A stretch of 64,000 nt of DNA, taken from positions 287,556,001 through 287,620,000 of the forward strand of contig OZ024742.1 of NCBI GenBank assembly GCA_964016885.1. Reading direction: 5' to 3'. The notes beneath the pieces were generated by a model. That model saw only the letters and a list, made by a program, of their open reading frames with translations, was not told the origin of the DNA and did not search any database. This DNA comes from Eledone cirrhosa. Lineage: Eukaryota. The position numbers and the translations under genes are program-made. This document shows positions 15,441 to 26,859 of the stretch, piece after piece. Positions within the stretch are counted from its first letter, which is position 1, and the number at the start of each line of letters is the position of its first letter.

Positions 15441-15447
<7 letters not shown>
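15123..15447. mobile_element. (TA)n-embedded fold-back mini-element (92-bp perfect arms + tail)
   Basis: 15260-15351 is the reverse complement of 15356-15447; each arm contains GAAA-TGATCA-TA, the 3' half of a hammerhead. Confidence 0.75.
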
Positions 15448-15477
<30 letters not shown>

Positions 15478-15530
15478 ATTTAAAACTTCACTATTCACAA
15501 GTGTTTTTTAAGCTTCATATCATGTCTCCC

Positions 15531-15601
15531 TATTTTATCTGATGAGAACGCAGATATCATCCCATGATGATATTTGTTTTTGAAATGCGCATAATAAAAT
15601 A
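15531..15601 (+). ncRNA. Type I hammerhead ribozyme
   Basis: Stem I tattttat/ataaaata; CTGATGA 15539-15545; ~16-bp stem II; GAAA 15582-15585; palindromic stem III ATGCGCAT; predicted cleavage after A15593. Confidence 0.8.
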
Positions 15602-15641
15602 CTTGGAACTCTTTTAACCATCTTTTGATCTTATATTATAT

Positions 15642-15676
<35 letters not shown>

Positions 15677-15839
15677 TTCGTGTACAGATATTTTTGCATA
15701 CACAATAACAAAATATAAACAAACGTATTTATTTCACGAGGCTCGATAAGGATAATTATATGTAGCAAGACTTGCTACATATATATCAAATATATAGAAC
15801 CCTAGATCAAATCCCGTCAACGCCAGGCCATTCTGCTAG

Positions 15840-16605
15840 TCTATATATATAAAACTGAGGATGTCTGTCTGTGTGTGTGTCAGTTTGAATCCCTAAAACT
15901 CGAGAACCACCCAACCGACTATCAAACTTTACACATGTAATACTTGTTACAGGGAGGGTTCTGAGCAAAAAAAATTTCAAATTTTCAATGCCCTAGGGAC
16001 CACATTAGGCGATTTAGCGATCTCTCTCTATAATTCTTAGTCTTTCTTTTTTTAGATAGATACATACATATAACGTCGCGCCCTTATAATATCTGTCTGT
16101 ATGACTGGCTGTCTGCATTACGTCACTTCCCTGAGGATGTCTGTCTCTGTGTGTGTGTCTGTGAGTTTGAATCCCTAAAACTGGAGAAGTACCTAACCGA
16201 TTTTTTTCCACCTTTACATATGTATTACTTATGTTTCAGGGAGTGTTATGCACATAAAAAAATTCAACTTTTTGATCTCCTAGGGCCCGCATTAGGTGAA
16301 ATGCGTTTTTAAGGTTTTTAGGGCATTTTGGAGGCGTTATGTCTAGCCGATTTTCCCGAAATTTCAAGGCATATTATGCACATAAAAAAAAATTCATTTT
16401 CTTGATCCCCTAAGGCCCGCATTAGGTGAAAACCTGCATTTTTCCTGCTTCATCGAGGAAAATCTTAAAGATTATCCAGCCATCAGAGTATTCGGTTTAT
16501 TTTCTTTACATATTATCCAGGCATACAGTTTTCCCACGATTAGATCTGTTGGCGGCCCGCCTTCCAAAATACCTTATCCCGTGCAACGCCGGGTACCACT
16601 GCTAG
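15840..16605 (+). mobile_element. Non-autonomous Helitron-like element H3
   Basis: TCTATATATATAAAA start; subterminal hairpin cccgtgcaacgccggg (16578-16593); CTAG|T end; no TIR or TSD. Confidence 0.8.
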
Positions 16606-16621
16606 TATATATATATATATA

Positions 16622-16890
16622 TTGTGTTGGTAGTACGGTGAAATACTGGTGTTGGTACCAAATAAAGCACTCTATGCACAGGCAAAGTTTCGTTTACATT
16701 TGAAAAATATGTAGTGCGTAACGACCTGTTACGCGCGTTTCGCAGAGGATTGGATCAAGGTGACCCATATGAGTTATGGACCCGACTCCAATATCGATCT
16801 GCTCCTCAGACTGGTGATGCGTCAATAAAAAGGTTGATACGTAATAAATATTTTTCATATATAAACGAAACTTCTTCGTTTTTTCTATTA
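16622..16890 (-). mobile_element. (TA)n-embedded PLE-like mini-element with hammerhead
   Basis: Inverted arms 16685-16710 and 16848-16873, tail 16622-16684; a diverged relative lies at ~16995-17093. Confidence 0.65.
16725..16814 (-). ncRNA. Type I hammerhead ribozyme with extended stem II
   Basis: Minus strand reads ccagt-CTGAGGA-gcaga...(~60 nt hairpin)...tctgc-GAAA-CGCGCG-TA-acagg. Confidence 0.75.
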
Positions 16891-16909
16891 TATATATATA
16901 TATATTTTT

Positions 16910-16983
<74 letters not shown>

Positions 16984-17089
16984 ATATATATATAGTGTAG
17001 GCGATTCAGTGAATTACTGGTAGTGATACCAAAGCAAGCACTCGATGCACAGGCAGAGTGTATATATTAATAAGAACGATGTAAACGAA

Positions 17090-17172
<83 letters not shown>

Positions 17173-17709
17173 AGAAGTCGATAGATAGTCACTGAAAGTG
17201 ATGGTCAGATAAATATGTATATATAGAAAATAGAAAAATAGATGGGCTGTTTGCTAAAACAAAACTCGGAAAATACTACGGTGAGAAGTAATCTCCAAAT
17301 CAACATTGTATCAGTTACTAAACTGCATTTATTTACTACATTCAATAAAATATACTGAGTAATACTTAACCGTGATTCTAAAACAAAAAAATATATTCAT
17401 TTAAATATCAATTGATGTAATATTTGTGTATGTCAGCTAAAGCTACATCAAAACAATCAATGAATGTTTAGTCCCAAATGTACATGTTAAATTTCTACTG
17501 TAATAGTGTTATGTTCTTATACAAATAGCATGTTAGTTAACGATAGTCGACACATATATGTGTACATAGGTATGTGTGTGTGTGTACATATGTGTTTGTG
17601 TACATACACACATATACGTATATATGTGTATATGTGCGTTTGTTTATATAGATGCTTACATGTATATATATATATATATATGTATGTGTGTATGTGTATA
17701 TCTCTGGAC

Positions 17710-17785
<76 letters not shown>

Positions 17786-17814
17786 CTCTCTCTGTGTCTG
17801 TGTGTGCGTGTGTG

Positions 17815-17960
17815 TAATTGGTAATTTAGGTACAGGGCACACAATTTGTGGGGAGAAGAAAGTCAATAACATTGACCCCAGTAAGTGATTGGTACTTTAT
17901 TTTATCGACCCGAGAAGGATGAAAGGCAAAGTTGACCTTGACGGGATTTGAACCCAGGGC
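17815..17960 (-). mobile_element. SINE family B fragment
   Basis: ggtactttattttatcgacccg.gaaggatgaaaggcaaagttgacc..gacgggatttgaac. Confidence 0.7.
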
Positions 17961-18099
17961 GCACAATTTTCGTTATTTTACGTCAACTTTTCCATTCTGG
18001 TATGAGTTGATGTTATATATAGACAGACAAAAAGGATGAGTACTTCTGCTCTTTCATCACTATGCCTGCGTAACAGGAATTCTCTGGATTTCAGATAGA

Positions 18100-18300
18100 A
18101 ATAATTCCTATAATATTAATAGAACTAGTGCAGCTATAGAACAATCCGTAACTCAAGCTCATAAAATTATACCTTCCTTCTACAACCGGTGATGATAGAT
18201 TGTTTGGGCTTGTCTTACTCTCCATTGAAAGACAGTTAGCTACTGAAATGAGTTATAATGAAATAATCTAGAAGTTTACAAGAGACAAAAGCCTAGACAA
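18100..18300 (+). pseudogene. Degenerate hAT transposase C-terminal dimerisation domain
   Basis: From 18188 translates GDDRLFGLVLLSIERQLATEMSYNEII*KF, preceded by TSAAIEQS; resembles the hAT 'ERSFS...RL..LALLSIE' region. Confidence 0.6.
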
Positions 18301-18379
18301 AAGAAGCTGTTGTAGTAGCTGCATATATTTTTCCCATTGTTTCCTTTTGTCATTTTACATTAAACTTTAAATTGTAAAT

Positions 18380-18725
18380 AATAAACATCTGTTTTATTGC
18401 GTTTACATTGTATATACAATACAGATTGATGATTCTACTGTAAACTTTCTCCTTTTGTTTTAATTTTAAATACAAAATAGTAATTATGTACTTCCTTTTA
18501 AAATGAATCTTTATTGTGATTTGTTTTTAAATACAAAACAACAACAACAATAATGTATATCCTTTAAAACTGTATTTTCTTTGTGCTTTGATTTTAATTA
18601 CAAAATAACAACTATATACTTCCTTTTAAAACAGTGTTTTCCTTGTATTTTGATTTTGCATATGAAATAACAATTACGTACTTCCTTCTAACTTCTTTGT
18701 TTTTGAAGTTAAGTACAATATAAAA
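18380..18725. repeat. Degenerate ~60-bp AT-rich tandem repeat
   Basis: tacaaaataacaattatgtacttccttttaaaa-like unit recurs about five times. Confidence 0.55.
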
Positions 18726-19258
18726 ATGTTGAAGGAATTTAAAATTATTTGTTACGTGTCATGGCGACGACCTTTTTTTTTTTATATCTTCTCTCTCACT
18801 CAAACTTTAGGATCTTAACTATGCTCTTAATATACGATCGTGTGTATGTGTGTAAGTGTGTGTGTGTGTAAGTCTGAGTGTATGTGTGTAAGTGGAAATG
18901 TGTGAGTGTATGTGTGTGTATAAGTGTGTGTATGTGTGAGTGTATGTGTGTGTGCGTAAGTGTGTGTGTGACTGTATGTGTAAGTGTGTGTGCTGTTGTG
19001 TGTGTGTGTTGTTATTTTTTTTCTGTGCCCTTTTTTCCTCTGTCTTATTTTTCTGGATTCACTACAATAGCCACTTGATTTACTAGAAATAACAACCAAA
19101 TGCCCCTCAAATAACACCTATTTTTTTTACAAAAGGAAATGGAACATTTTGTATTGTATTCCTATATGCTCCTAAAAATCAAGATGGTTACATTTGAAAT
19201 GTCCTGGTCAGTTTGACCAGGGTTGATCTGATCCTGAACACCAACAAAACAAGAATGC

Positions 19259-19357
<99 letters not shown>

Positions 19358-20161
19358 CGCGCGTGTTTCTGTGAATGTGCACATGTGCACAAATTCATAT
19401 ATAATCAAGCTAACGAGGAAACCTCTATGTGGTCAGATGGACTTCTATAAATAGGAGTAAAGTCTCTCAAAACTCGCACCCTACTGTCTTAAAAAAAAGG
19501 AATGACTGATTTAATAATGTACTACTAATAAAACTATGTCTTAATAAACGATAATATGGGCACGACTGGAATGTCTTTTCTCATAGGTATGCTTTGCCAG
19601 GATTGCCATGGGGTTAAGCAACAACAATATATGAATATCATTCCCTAGTTAAGAGAGACGTCACAACTCCTCTGCAGGACTCACAACTCTGCATTACCAC
19701 ACCAAGGTATAACATTTCATATTCCGAATCTCTGACGACGACGTCTTGTAATTGGTGGTGACGTTATTTATAACTTTGAGCATGTTGAAGCTACTTGGTA
19801 CGAATCCAGGTCTCACCTGGTTCCGGTTGATAGGATATAGCACGAGCCCCTATCAAAAGTTACAGATCGCCAGCGAAAAACATTGAAATACAAATAAGAA
19901 ATAAGTTTGGTCATGTGAAAGCCCGACAATAAGTGTTTGGTAAAAATGCCAATATAATAAGAAAGTAGAAGAAAAAGAACACTGAAGTAAACTAAAAGAG
20001 GGAGGATGATAGGAAGTTACCTTAGTAATTTTTAATAATCACAAATATTTTTGGATTTACCATTTATTATCAAGGAGAGTCTGTCGGGAGGACCTCAGCG
20101 AGAAACCTAAGAAATATCATAGGCAGCTGTTCGATTTATTTTTTAATAACATCTGACGGAG

Positions 20162-21394
20162 AATACATTCAATACTAGTAAAGAAAAGTTTGTTTTAATA
20201 CGTCATAATTTTGTTTACATTGGTTGGCGCATAAATTAAAATATGACATCAATTGAATACAGAAGTGTAATAAAATTCTACTTTCTACTTGGAAAAACAC
20301 CTGAGGAAACTCTCAAGGATATGATGAAAGTATATAATAATGATTGTCCATCAAAGGCAACAGTATATTATTGGCTTCGGCAATTCAAAAATGGTCGTAC
20401 ATGTGTTGAGGACGATAATACAAAAAGTGGCAGACCAACGGAGATTTCAGACAAAAAAGCAGTGCAATGTGAACAATTCATTCGTGACGACAGGAGGATA
20501 AAAATTCAAGACTTAGCAAGTTTACTAAAGGTGAACAAAGGCTCTGCTGTATCTATGATATCTAATTTAGGGTACAGAAAGCTGTGTAGTCGCTTTGTAC
20601 CCAAGTTCTTATCCCCTGAAATGAAAGAAGCGAGATTATTGGCAGCTCAGTCAAACTTGGATTTGTTTCAGGAGTGGGGTGTGAAGTTTCTGGACAACAT
20701 CGTCACGCAAGATGAAACAACGCTTTCAAAATACTTACCCGAAAGTAAAAGAACCTCAGCTGAGTGGAGAAAATATGATGAAAAACCTCCTATCAAAATG
20801 AGAAGCGGAACCAGCCATAGACGTGAGTTCATGTTTTCAATTTTCTGGACTAGGAAGGGAATTATTAGCACTGATTTTCTGGATAAAGGCATGGTCTGCA
20901 ATGCTTCTTATTTTAGTAAACTGGTTACTGAATGTAAGGAGAAAAAGCGGAAGACGCCTAATGTGCCACTTTGGCTTCTAATCGACAATGCCCCTATTCA
21001 CACAGCAAAACTTGCACAAGAATGCATTGAAAAATGTGGCTTTCATCAACTCGTTCACCCTCCTTATAGTCCGGACATTGCTCCAAGTGACTTCTTTTTC
21101 TTCAGACTGCTTAAGAAAGAGCTCAGTGGTAATCACTTTGCAACTGGAGAGGAACTCAAAAGTTTTGTTAATGAATATTTGAACTCTTTGGATGATTCAT
21201 TTTTCAAAGCGGCGTTTGAAGAATTACTGGTAAGATGGCGAAAGATGGTTGTAAACAATAGAGGCTACATTGAAAAATAACTTTATTAATGTTTTCTTTA
21301 CTAGTATTGAATGTATTTTCAAATAAAATTCGTTTGAATGTTCTAGCTTTTTCTTTTCATACCGAGTATTAGAGATTATTGAACTGACCACGTA
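20162..21394 (+). mobile_element. Mariner element (right TIR present, left TIR not found)
   Basis: Right end ...ttattgaactgaccacg|TA (to 21394) resembles mariner TIRs; 26-bp perfect inner inverted repeat at 20162-20187 and 21292-21317. Confidence 0.8.
20243..21280 (+). CDS. Mariner DD34D transposase, intact ORF (345 aa)
   Basis: N-terminal HTH (SKATVYYWLRQFKNGR..SGRP), FVPKFL (WVPHEL-like), IVTQDET, LIDNAPIH and HPPYSPDIAPSD, with 34 residues between the 2nd and 3rd catalytic D. Confidence 0.95.
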   Translation: MTSIEYRSVIKFYFLLGKTPEETLKDMMKVYNNDCPSKATVYYWLRQFKNGRTCVEDDNTKSGRPTEISDKKAVQCEQFIRDDRRIKIQDLASLLKVNKGSAVSMISNLGYRKLCSRFVPKFLSPEMKEARLLAAQSNLDLFQEWGVKFLDNIVTQDETTLSKYLPESKRTSAEWRKYDEKPPIKMRSGTSHRREFMFSIFWTRKGIISTDFLDKGMVCNASYFSKLVTECKEKKRKTPNVPLWLLIDNAPIHTAKLAQECIEKCGFHQLVHPPYSPDIAPSDFFFFRLLKKELSGNHFATGEELKSFVNEYLNSLDDSFFKAAFEELLVRWRKMVVNNRGYIEK

Positions 21395-22382
21395 TGTCTT
21401 ACGATAAAAAAAAATGAGCTATTTAACCTTGCTTAGCAATCACAGAAATTCTGTCTTAAAGCTTTTAATACTAACCCATCTAAAACAACCTCTGGTTCTA
21501 TGGAACAAAACCACCCATTTTAAAGGGGTCCTATTTAAATGGAAATCTTCCAACATATATAAGAATTGTTGTTATTGTGTTATATTGCAAATTTAATCTT
21601 AATAATTTAATTGTTTCTACTTTAGGCACAAGGTCAGCAATTACTCATTGCATTACTGGTACTTTATTTTATCGACCCCGTTAATGATTAGTAATTTTAG
21701 CGAATATCTCAAAGTATATTATTAGTTAATTCAAATGCAATGTATTTCATTACAAATATAACCACTTATATAACCAAGAAAAGGTTAATAAAACATTGGT
21801 TGATGGTGAGCCATATACCACACATATGGCGCTGTGACACGTGTACTTGTTTCAGTTATTGTTGAAAAGGTAGACTTCTTTTGTAATAGTATCATATATT
21901 AAGTGGCAACAAATTACGTCAAACATGTACGATTGGGTCAATGGTATTCTATATCACTGATTTCAATAAAGTGTAAAGAAAACTATATTATGTATTTTGT
22001 GTTACCTTCCTTGTACTTTCTCTCTTAACATTCTGTAAAGATTTAGCAAAAAATATTTTTAAAACGGGTTTGTTAATTCAAATCTTTATACTATCTTTAG
22101 TAGTGAACAGATTGTTCTTGTTATGAAAATTAGTAGTAAACTAAAGTAAAGACTTTACTTTTTAATATGATGCAGTCATAGTGCTGTTTTATATATTTAG
22201 AGAATGTCTTGCTAATGTGGTTTTATGTGGTACAGGACGTTGGGCATTCATTTGCCCGTTTCCACCCTCATCTCCTTATTCTGCGTTAATGATGATATAA
22301 CTCGGTGCATTGTAGTCGTTAGTTCTAAACGAAAGCTACGAAGAACCGTGTCAGTAATTAGTCAGACAACTGGCCACATGAA

Positions 22383-23085
22383 AGCTGGTGGATTGGAAGA
22401 ATTGGTAGAGCGTCGATTAAAATGTCATTAAGTTATTTCTTCTGGCTCTTTACATTCCGAGTTCAAATCCTGCCAAGGTCAACGTTAGATAACATTGTGT
22501 AGTGAAGTGTATTGAGTCTTTATTACCATTGTTTTTGTTTATTAGGGCGGTGGATTGGCAAAATCGGTAGAGCGTCAGATAAAATGTCTTGCAGTATTTG
22601 TTCTAGCCCTTTACGTTGGGAATTCAAATTCTGTCGGACAAAATGCTTTCCGTTCTGAGTTTGAATCTCGCTGGGACCAATTTTACCTTTCATCCTTTCG
22701 GAGTTGATAAAATGTAGGACTAGTCAAATACTGTGATCGATTTCATTAATTTCGCCCTCTTCTAAAATGTTCTAGCCCTATACCTAAATTAGGTATTATT
22801 ATTGTTGTTTAACCCTAGAAACCCCTACCCGGTTTGGTTTGGTTTGGTTTATGTTTTTATATATAATACTACACATTGTAAATAATAGGTAGAGCGTCGG
22901 ATAGCATGCTTTGCAGCATATAGTTGCGGCCCTATACGTTCTGAGTTCAAATCCCGTCGAGGTTAGCTTTGCCTTTCATCCTTCCGGGGTCGATAAAATA
23001 AAGCACCAGTGAGTACTGGGGCCGATTTAATCGACTTTCCCCTCCCCTTCAAATTGTTGGCCTTGAGCCTAAATCAGAAATCATT
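22383..23085 (+). mobile_element. Cluster of three SINE family B copies
   Basis: Heads at ~22383, 22545 and 22888, each with gagttcaaatcc/ttgaatct B-box and family B body. Confidence 0.7.
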
Positions 23086-23989
23086 GTTTTATGATAGTAT
23101 AGTGTAATTTTTTTTTTTTTGGGGGGGGGGGTATTGGCTGGGGGTTCTAGCAAACCAAATGACTACGTATAAACTCCCTCGTTAGCTTATATTGTACAAT
23201 GTTATACTGTGTTGTACTGTTCTGTTTTAAATGTGTTGCGTCGTGTTGTATTTAATGTTGAATAATTTTGAGTTGATCTTATTTAGCCTCACATCATCTC
23301 TGAATGAGCAGAACTATGATCAACAGCGTTCTAGCATTCACCTCTCAGTATTTTTAGATGTATTTAAGATTATATTATCAATTGTATCTTTTCCCTATTT
23401 AAAACAGCAGGGAACAATTTGAGAAAGATTTGGCTGCTAGTTCTAGAAAGCCATGGAACTACGTAGCCGGTCACTCCTTCCTTTATATTGGTTTGTAGTG
23501 AATTATGTGATATTTTATTATGTCGTATTGTAATGATTTGCAGATCACTATTTTATATACTGAACTATTTACTGCTGCATTCTACTTGGTTGTTCTCTGT
23601 GTGTTCGGTTCTATTTCACTTTTCCATTTCTCTCTTTTATAAACTCTGTGCATATCCCATTTAAAGTAGGTACGCTGTATCCCTGCGGATCGTAAGAAGG
23701 GACTAAACGGGTTGACGCCAGGGGAGATATTTGGCTGTAAAACATTGGTTCAAAAATGACCCCATGGTCAAAATGAAGTCTGTCAAGGGGCGCGCATGGT
23801 TAACTCCTGCTTTAGCAGGCAAAGTGGCCTTAAAATGCATGTCGTAGTCCTCTCTTTTATAACCTACTCTATATGTTATTTTACTAGGTAAAGTTAAGGG
23901 GCCCTTAATTCCTGATGGAGTCGTAGGGGCACCGTCCTGATACAGCTAATGACTTCTATTGAAAAAAAAAAGGGTGATAAAAAAGAAGA

Positions 23990-24150
23990 TTCGACCACAG
24001 TAATGCACTGGTACATTTTTTATCGACCTCGAAAAGATGTAAGGCAAAGTTAACATCGGTGACATTTGAACTCAAAGCGCAATGAGCTAAAACAAATACC
24101 GAGATATTTTTGATCTGATGCCCTAACGACACTACAAATTCGCCACCGTG
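23990..24150 (-). mobile_element. SINE family B
   Basis: ctggtac...tatcgacctcgaaaagatgtaaggcaaagtt...atttgaactca...aattcgccacc. Confidence 0.65.
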
Positions 24151-24604
24151 TGTTTATATATTACTTGGTCTTATACAATATTGTATTACACTGTATTGCT
24201 CTGCAAAGAACAGATATAATAAATGTGTCCAGCAACGCATTATTTTACAAACCCGGTGTCTCTTCTTTGCACTACTAAGGCTTCATAATCATGTAGGAAT
24301 TCCATTCAATAGATGGAAATTACACTGGAATGGACAAACCGCCAAAGAACGGTTTGAGCTCAGCATTTAAATTAAATGAAGCACTTCGAGCTAACAATGA
24401 AACCCGTGCGCGGTCTATCGACCTATATTGAAATAGTAACCAAATCTCTCTTAAATTTGAGACTATCCTCTCAAAAAGATAATGTAGTTCTAGATATACC
24501 AGACGTGAAACCAAAATAGGATCGTCACGACTAGAATATCTTTGATCATAGATCTGCTTAATCAAGACTATCAACAATAACAAAAACAACAAAACACTCG
24601 ATAA

Positions 24605-24795
24605 TAATTGTTTCTACTTTTTGGCATAAGGCCAGCAATTATCCCAGTGCATTACTGGTACTTTATTTTATCGACCCCGTAAGGATGAAAGGCAAAGATA
24701 ACCTCATCAGTATTGGAACTCAGGTTGCAAAGCGACATAACTATATGCTGCAAAGCATGGCGTCCGACCCTTTACCGATACTGCCAATCCACTAC
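24605..24795 (-). mobile_element. SINE family B
   Basis: cattactggtactttattttatcgaccccgtaaggatgaaaggcaaag. Confidence 0.65.
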
Positions 24796-25194
24796 TCGAT
24801 AATGATATGATGTTGCCATGCTTGAAACACGTATGTATGTATGCCTGTATGCATCTTGGTTAAGAGAGTGGGACTGGCTTTGTGCAGTGCCTTTGCTCAC
24901 TATAAAAACTTCATGGCACAGGCATTGCTTTATATCTGGAGATCTCTCTGCATTTGTCGTCACATGGTACCATGGGCCCAGCACTATGTGTCAATAATTG
25001 TCACATGTGTAGTGTTTGTACCAAAGTTTCAAGTCGCTGGCCGGACTGAAAAGTCACACTCGTTCAGCGCATCGGTAGGGGTCCTCCTACATGGATATAA
25101 AGTAGTGGCCGTACTCGAAAACGAGTTGGCAGCCACCATATGCATGTATGTACGCACGTACGTACGTACCTACCTACTTTTCTACTTAGCTGTA

Positions 25195-25456
25195 ACTTCT
25201 GATGGAGTCGTAGTGGCGCCGTAGTAATATACTTTTAAATATAGCCGAGCCCATTCCCTCTCCAGATCTGAACACAGCCGATTTCTTCAACAGAAGGAGA
25301 GATAGAGTGGGGGGAGGGGGGAGAAAGAGATATAGATGAAGAATCTATCTCAGTACATGACCTCGGCAGGGTTTGAAACCAGGGCTCAGCGAACCAAAAC
25401 AAATACCGAAAAGCCTTCTCTCGAACGTTCTAACGACTCTGCCAATTCGCCGCCTC
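25195..25456 (-). mobile_element. SINE family B, long-tail variant
   Basis: Tail ggagtcgtag.ggcgccgt...ccctctccag..ctga.cacag shared with 35860-36122 and 60575-60895. Confidence 0.65.
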
Positions 25457-25684
25457 CTAAAAGCGGTCAATAGAGTATCAAAACAAAATCTATTTCTAAT
25501 TTGCCGTGAAATAAGAAACACAGTTACGCGGTGTTCATTATCTTGTGCGTTAATGAAATAAATGTATTAGTAATATGTTCTAACAAAGAAGAAAAGAAAA
25601 TAATGAAAATTGGGGTAGCAGATTCCATGAAACGTGTCTGTTTCTGAAACAATTATATAGACTACTGAAACATTTCCTGCATCA

Positions 25685-25772
25685 CACTGCGCCACACTGC
25701 ACCACACTACACAACACTGCACCACACTGCACAACACTGCACCACACTGCACAACACTGCACCACACTGCAC
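25685..25772. repeat. (GCACCACACT)n decamer/pentamer repeat
   Basis: Direct reading of the sequence. Confidence 0.85.
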
Positions 25773-25887
25773 TACGTTACTTATATTAGTTGTTATCCGA
25801 ATTGATGCTATTGTCATCTTTATTATTATTATTGCTGTATACGACGATGGATTAATAGAATCTTTAATCTTCACTATTATCAGCAAT

Positions 25888-26240
25888 TGGGAGCTCACGC
25901 GCCGGCTGCCCCGTGGCCCCGGAGGACAGAATAGAGAAGGCATTTCCCCGGAGGATGTTGAGGAAGATGTGCTGGAAGAGCTATTCCAGCTCGCGAGGCT
26001 CACACCTGCGGGTAGCCAACTCCGTGTCGATAGGGTTGAGTGGGGAAGTGGTCCTAGTGGCCAAGGACACCAGAAGTCTCCACTGCTACGGGCTCGACTG
26101 CAAACCTGTCGGAGAGTGACCTATATTTGGAGAATTTACCCTCCTCAGCCCGAAGTGCAGCAGAGCCTAGGTTAGTCGCAGACTACACCAGGTTGCCGCT
26201 GTAGAAAGTGTCTCTGTATGTGGTATCCCAGATGAATGGA
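25888..26240 (-). pseudogene. CRE-clade non-LTR retrotransposon restriction-like endonuclease remnant
   Basis: Minus strand ...TELATRRCEPRELE*LFQHIFLNILRGNAFSIL, homologous to 40430-40695. Confidence 0.7.
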
Positions 26241-26324
26241 AAGAGTCGATATAATAGACTTTTCCTATCCTCAAAATTGCTGGTCATGTACCTAAATTAT
26301 AAACCATTATTACTAGTGTTATAC

Positions 26325-26535
26325 TGACGGATCATTTGGCGGTATCGTTAGAACGTCGACTAAAACGCCTCGTGATTCTTATTACAGTGTTATGTTCCGA
26401 GTTCAAATCCTGCGACGTCAGTATTGAAGATCATCTTTCCGGGATCGATAAATAAAGTAGCGGTCAGGTACTGGTATTGATTTCATCAACTTTCCTTACC
26501 CAAAATTGGTGGCATTGTGTCAACATTAGAAACGG
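26325..26535 (+). mobile_element. SINE family B (diverged)
   Basis: tggcggtatcgttagaacgtcg...gagttcaaatcc...gggatcgataaataaagta. Confidence 0.6.
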
Positions 26536-26859
26536 CTTTTACGATTGCTATACTTATAGTTCCTTCGTCATCATTATGATCAACAGCAACAACATTTTGG
26601 GTTGTAAAAGAGTTTCCTGCTATTGTCATTGTCGGTAGTTAATATTGCATCAAACTAGTCGTTTTTATTGCTCACTTTTATGAGGTTTCTTGCCAAATAA
26701 ATGCCCCACCCCCAATTGCAGAGATATATAATCTCAGAATAAAGAGGTAGCAGTATGATGATAGTGTTAAATCATGAGAAAGAATGTTCAAACATCGCTA
26801 TCCCAATGAAACGAGCCTGTCAGTGTGGGAGATCGCTCTCTGGTGTGCAGAACCCAAGG

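Larger units (their letters stand above)
14610..15839 (+). mobile_element. Non-autonomous Helitron-like element H2 with nested inserts
   Basis: TCTATATATCTAAAA..(ctgt)n start; ends cccgtcaacgccaggccattctgCTAG; body homologous to H3. Confidence 0.7.

Noticed and set aside
19426-19436. tatgtggtcag as the missing left mariner TIR
   Set aside because: The match stops after 11 bp and is part of the end of a family C dispersed repeat.
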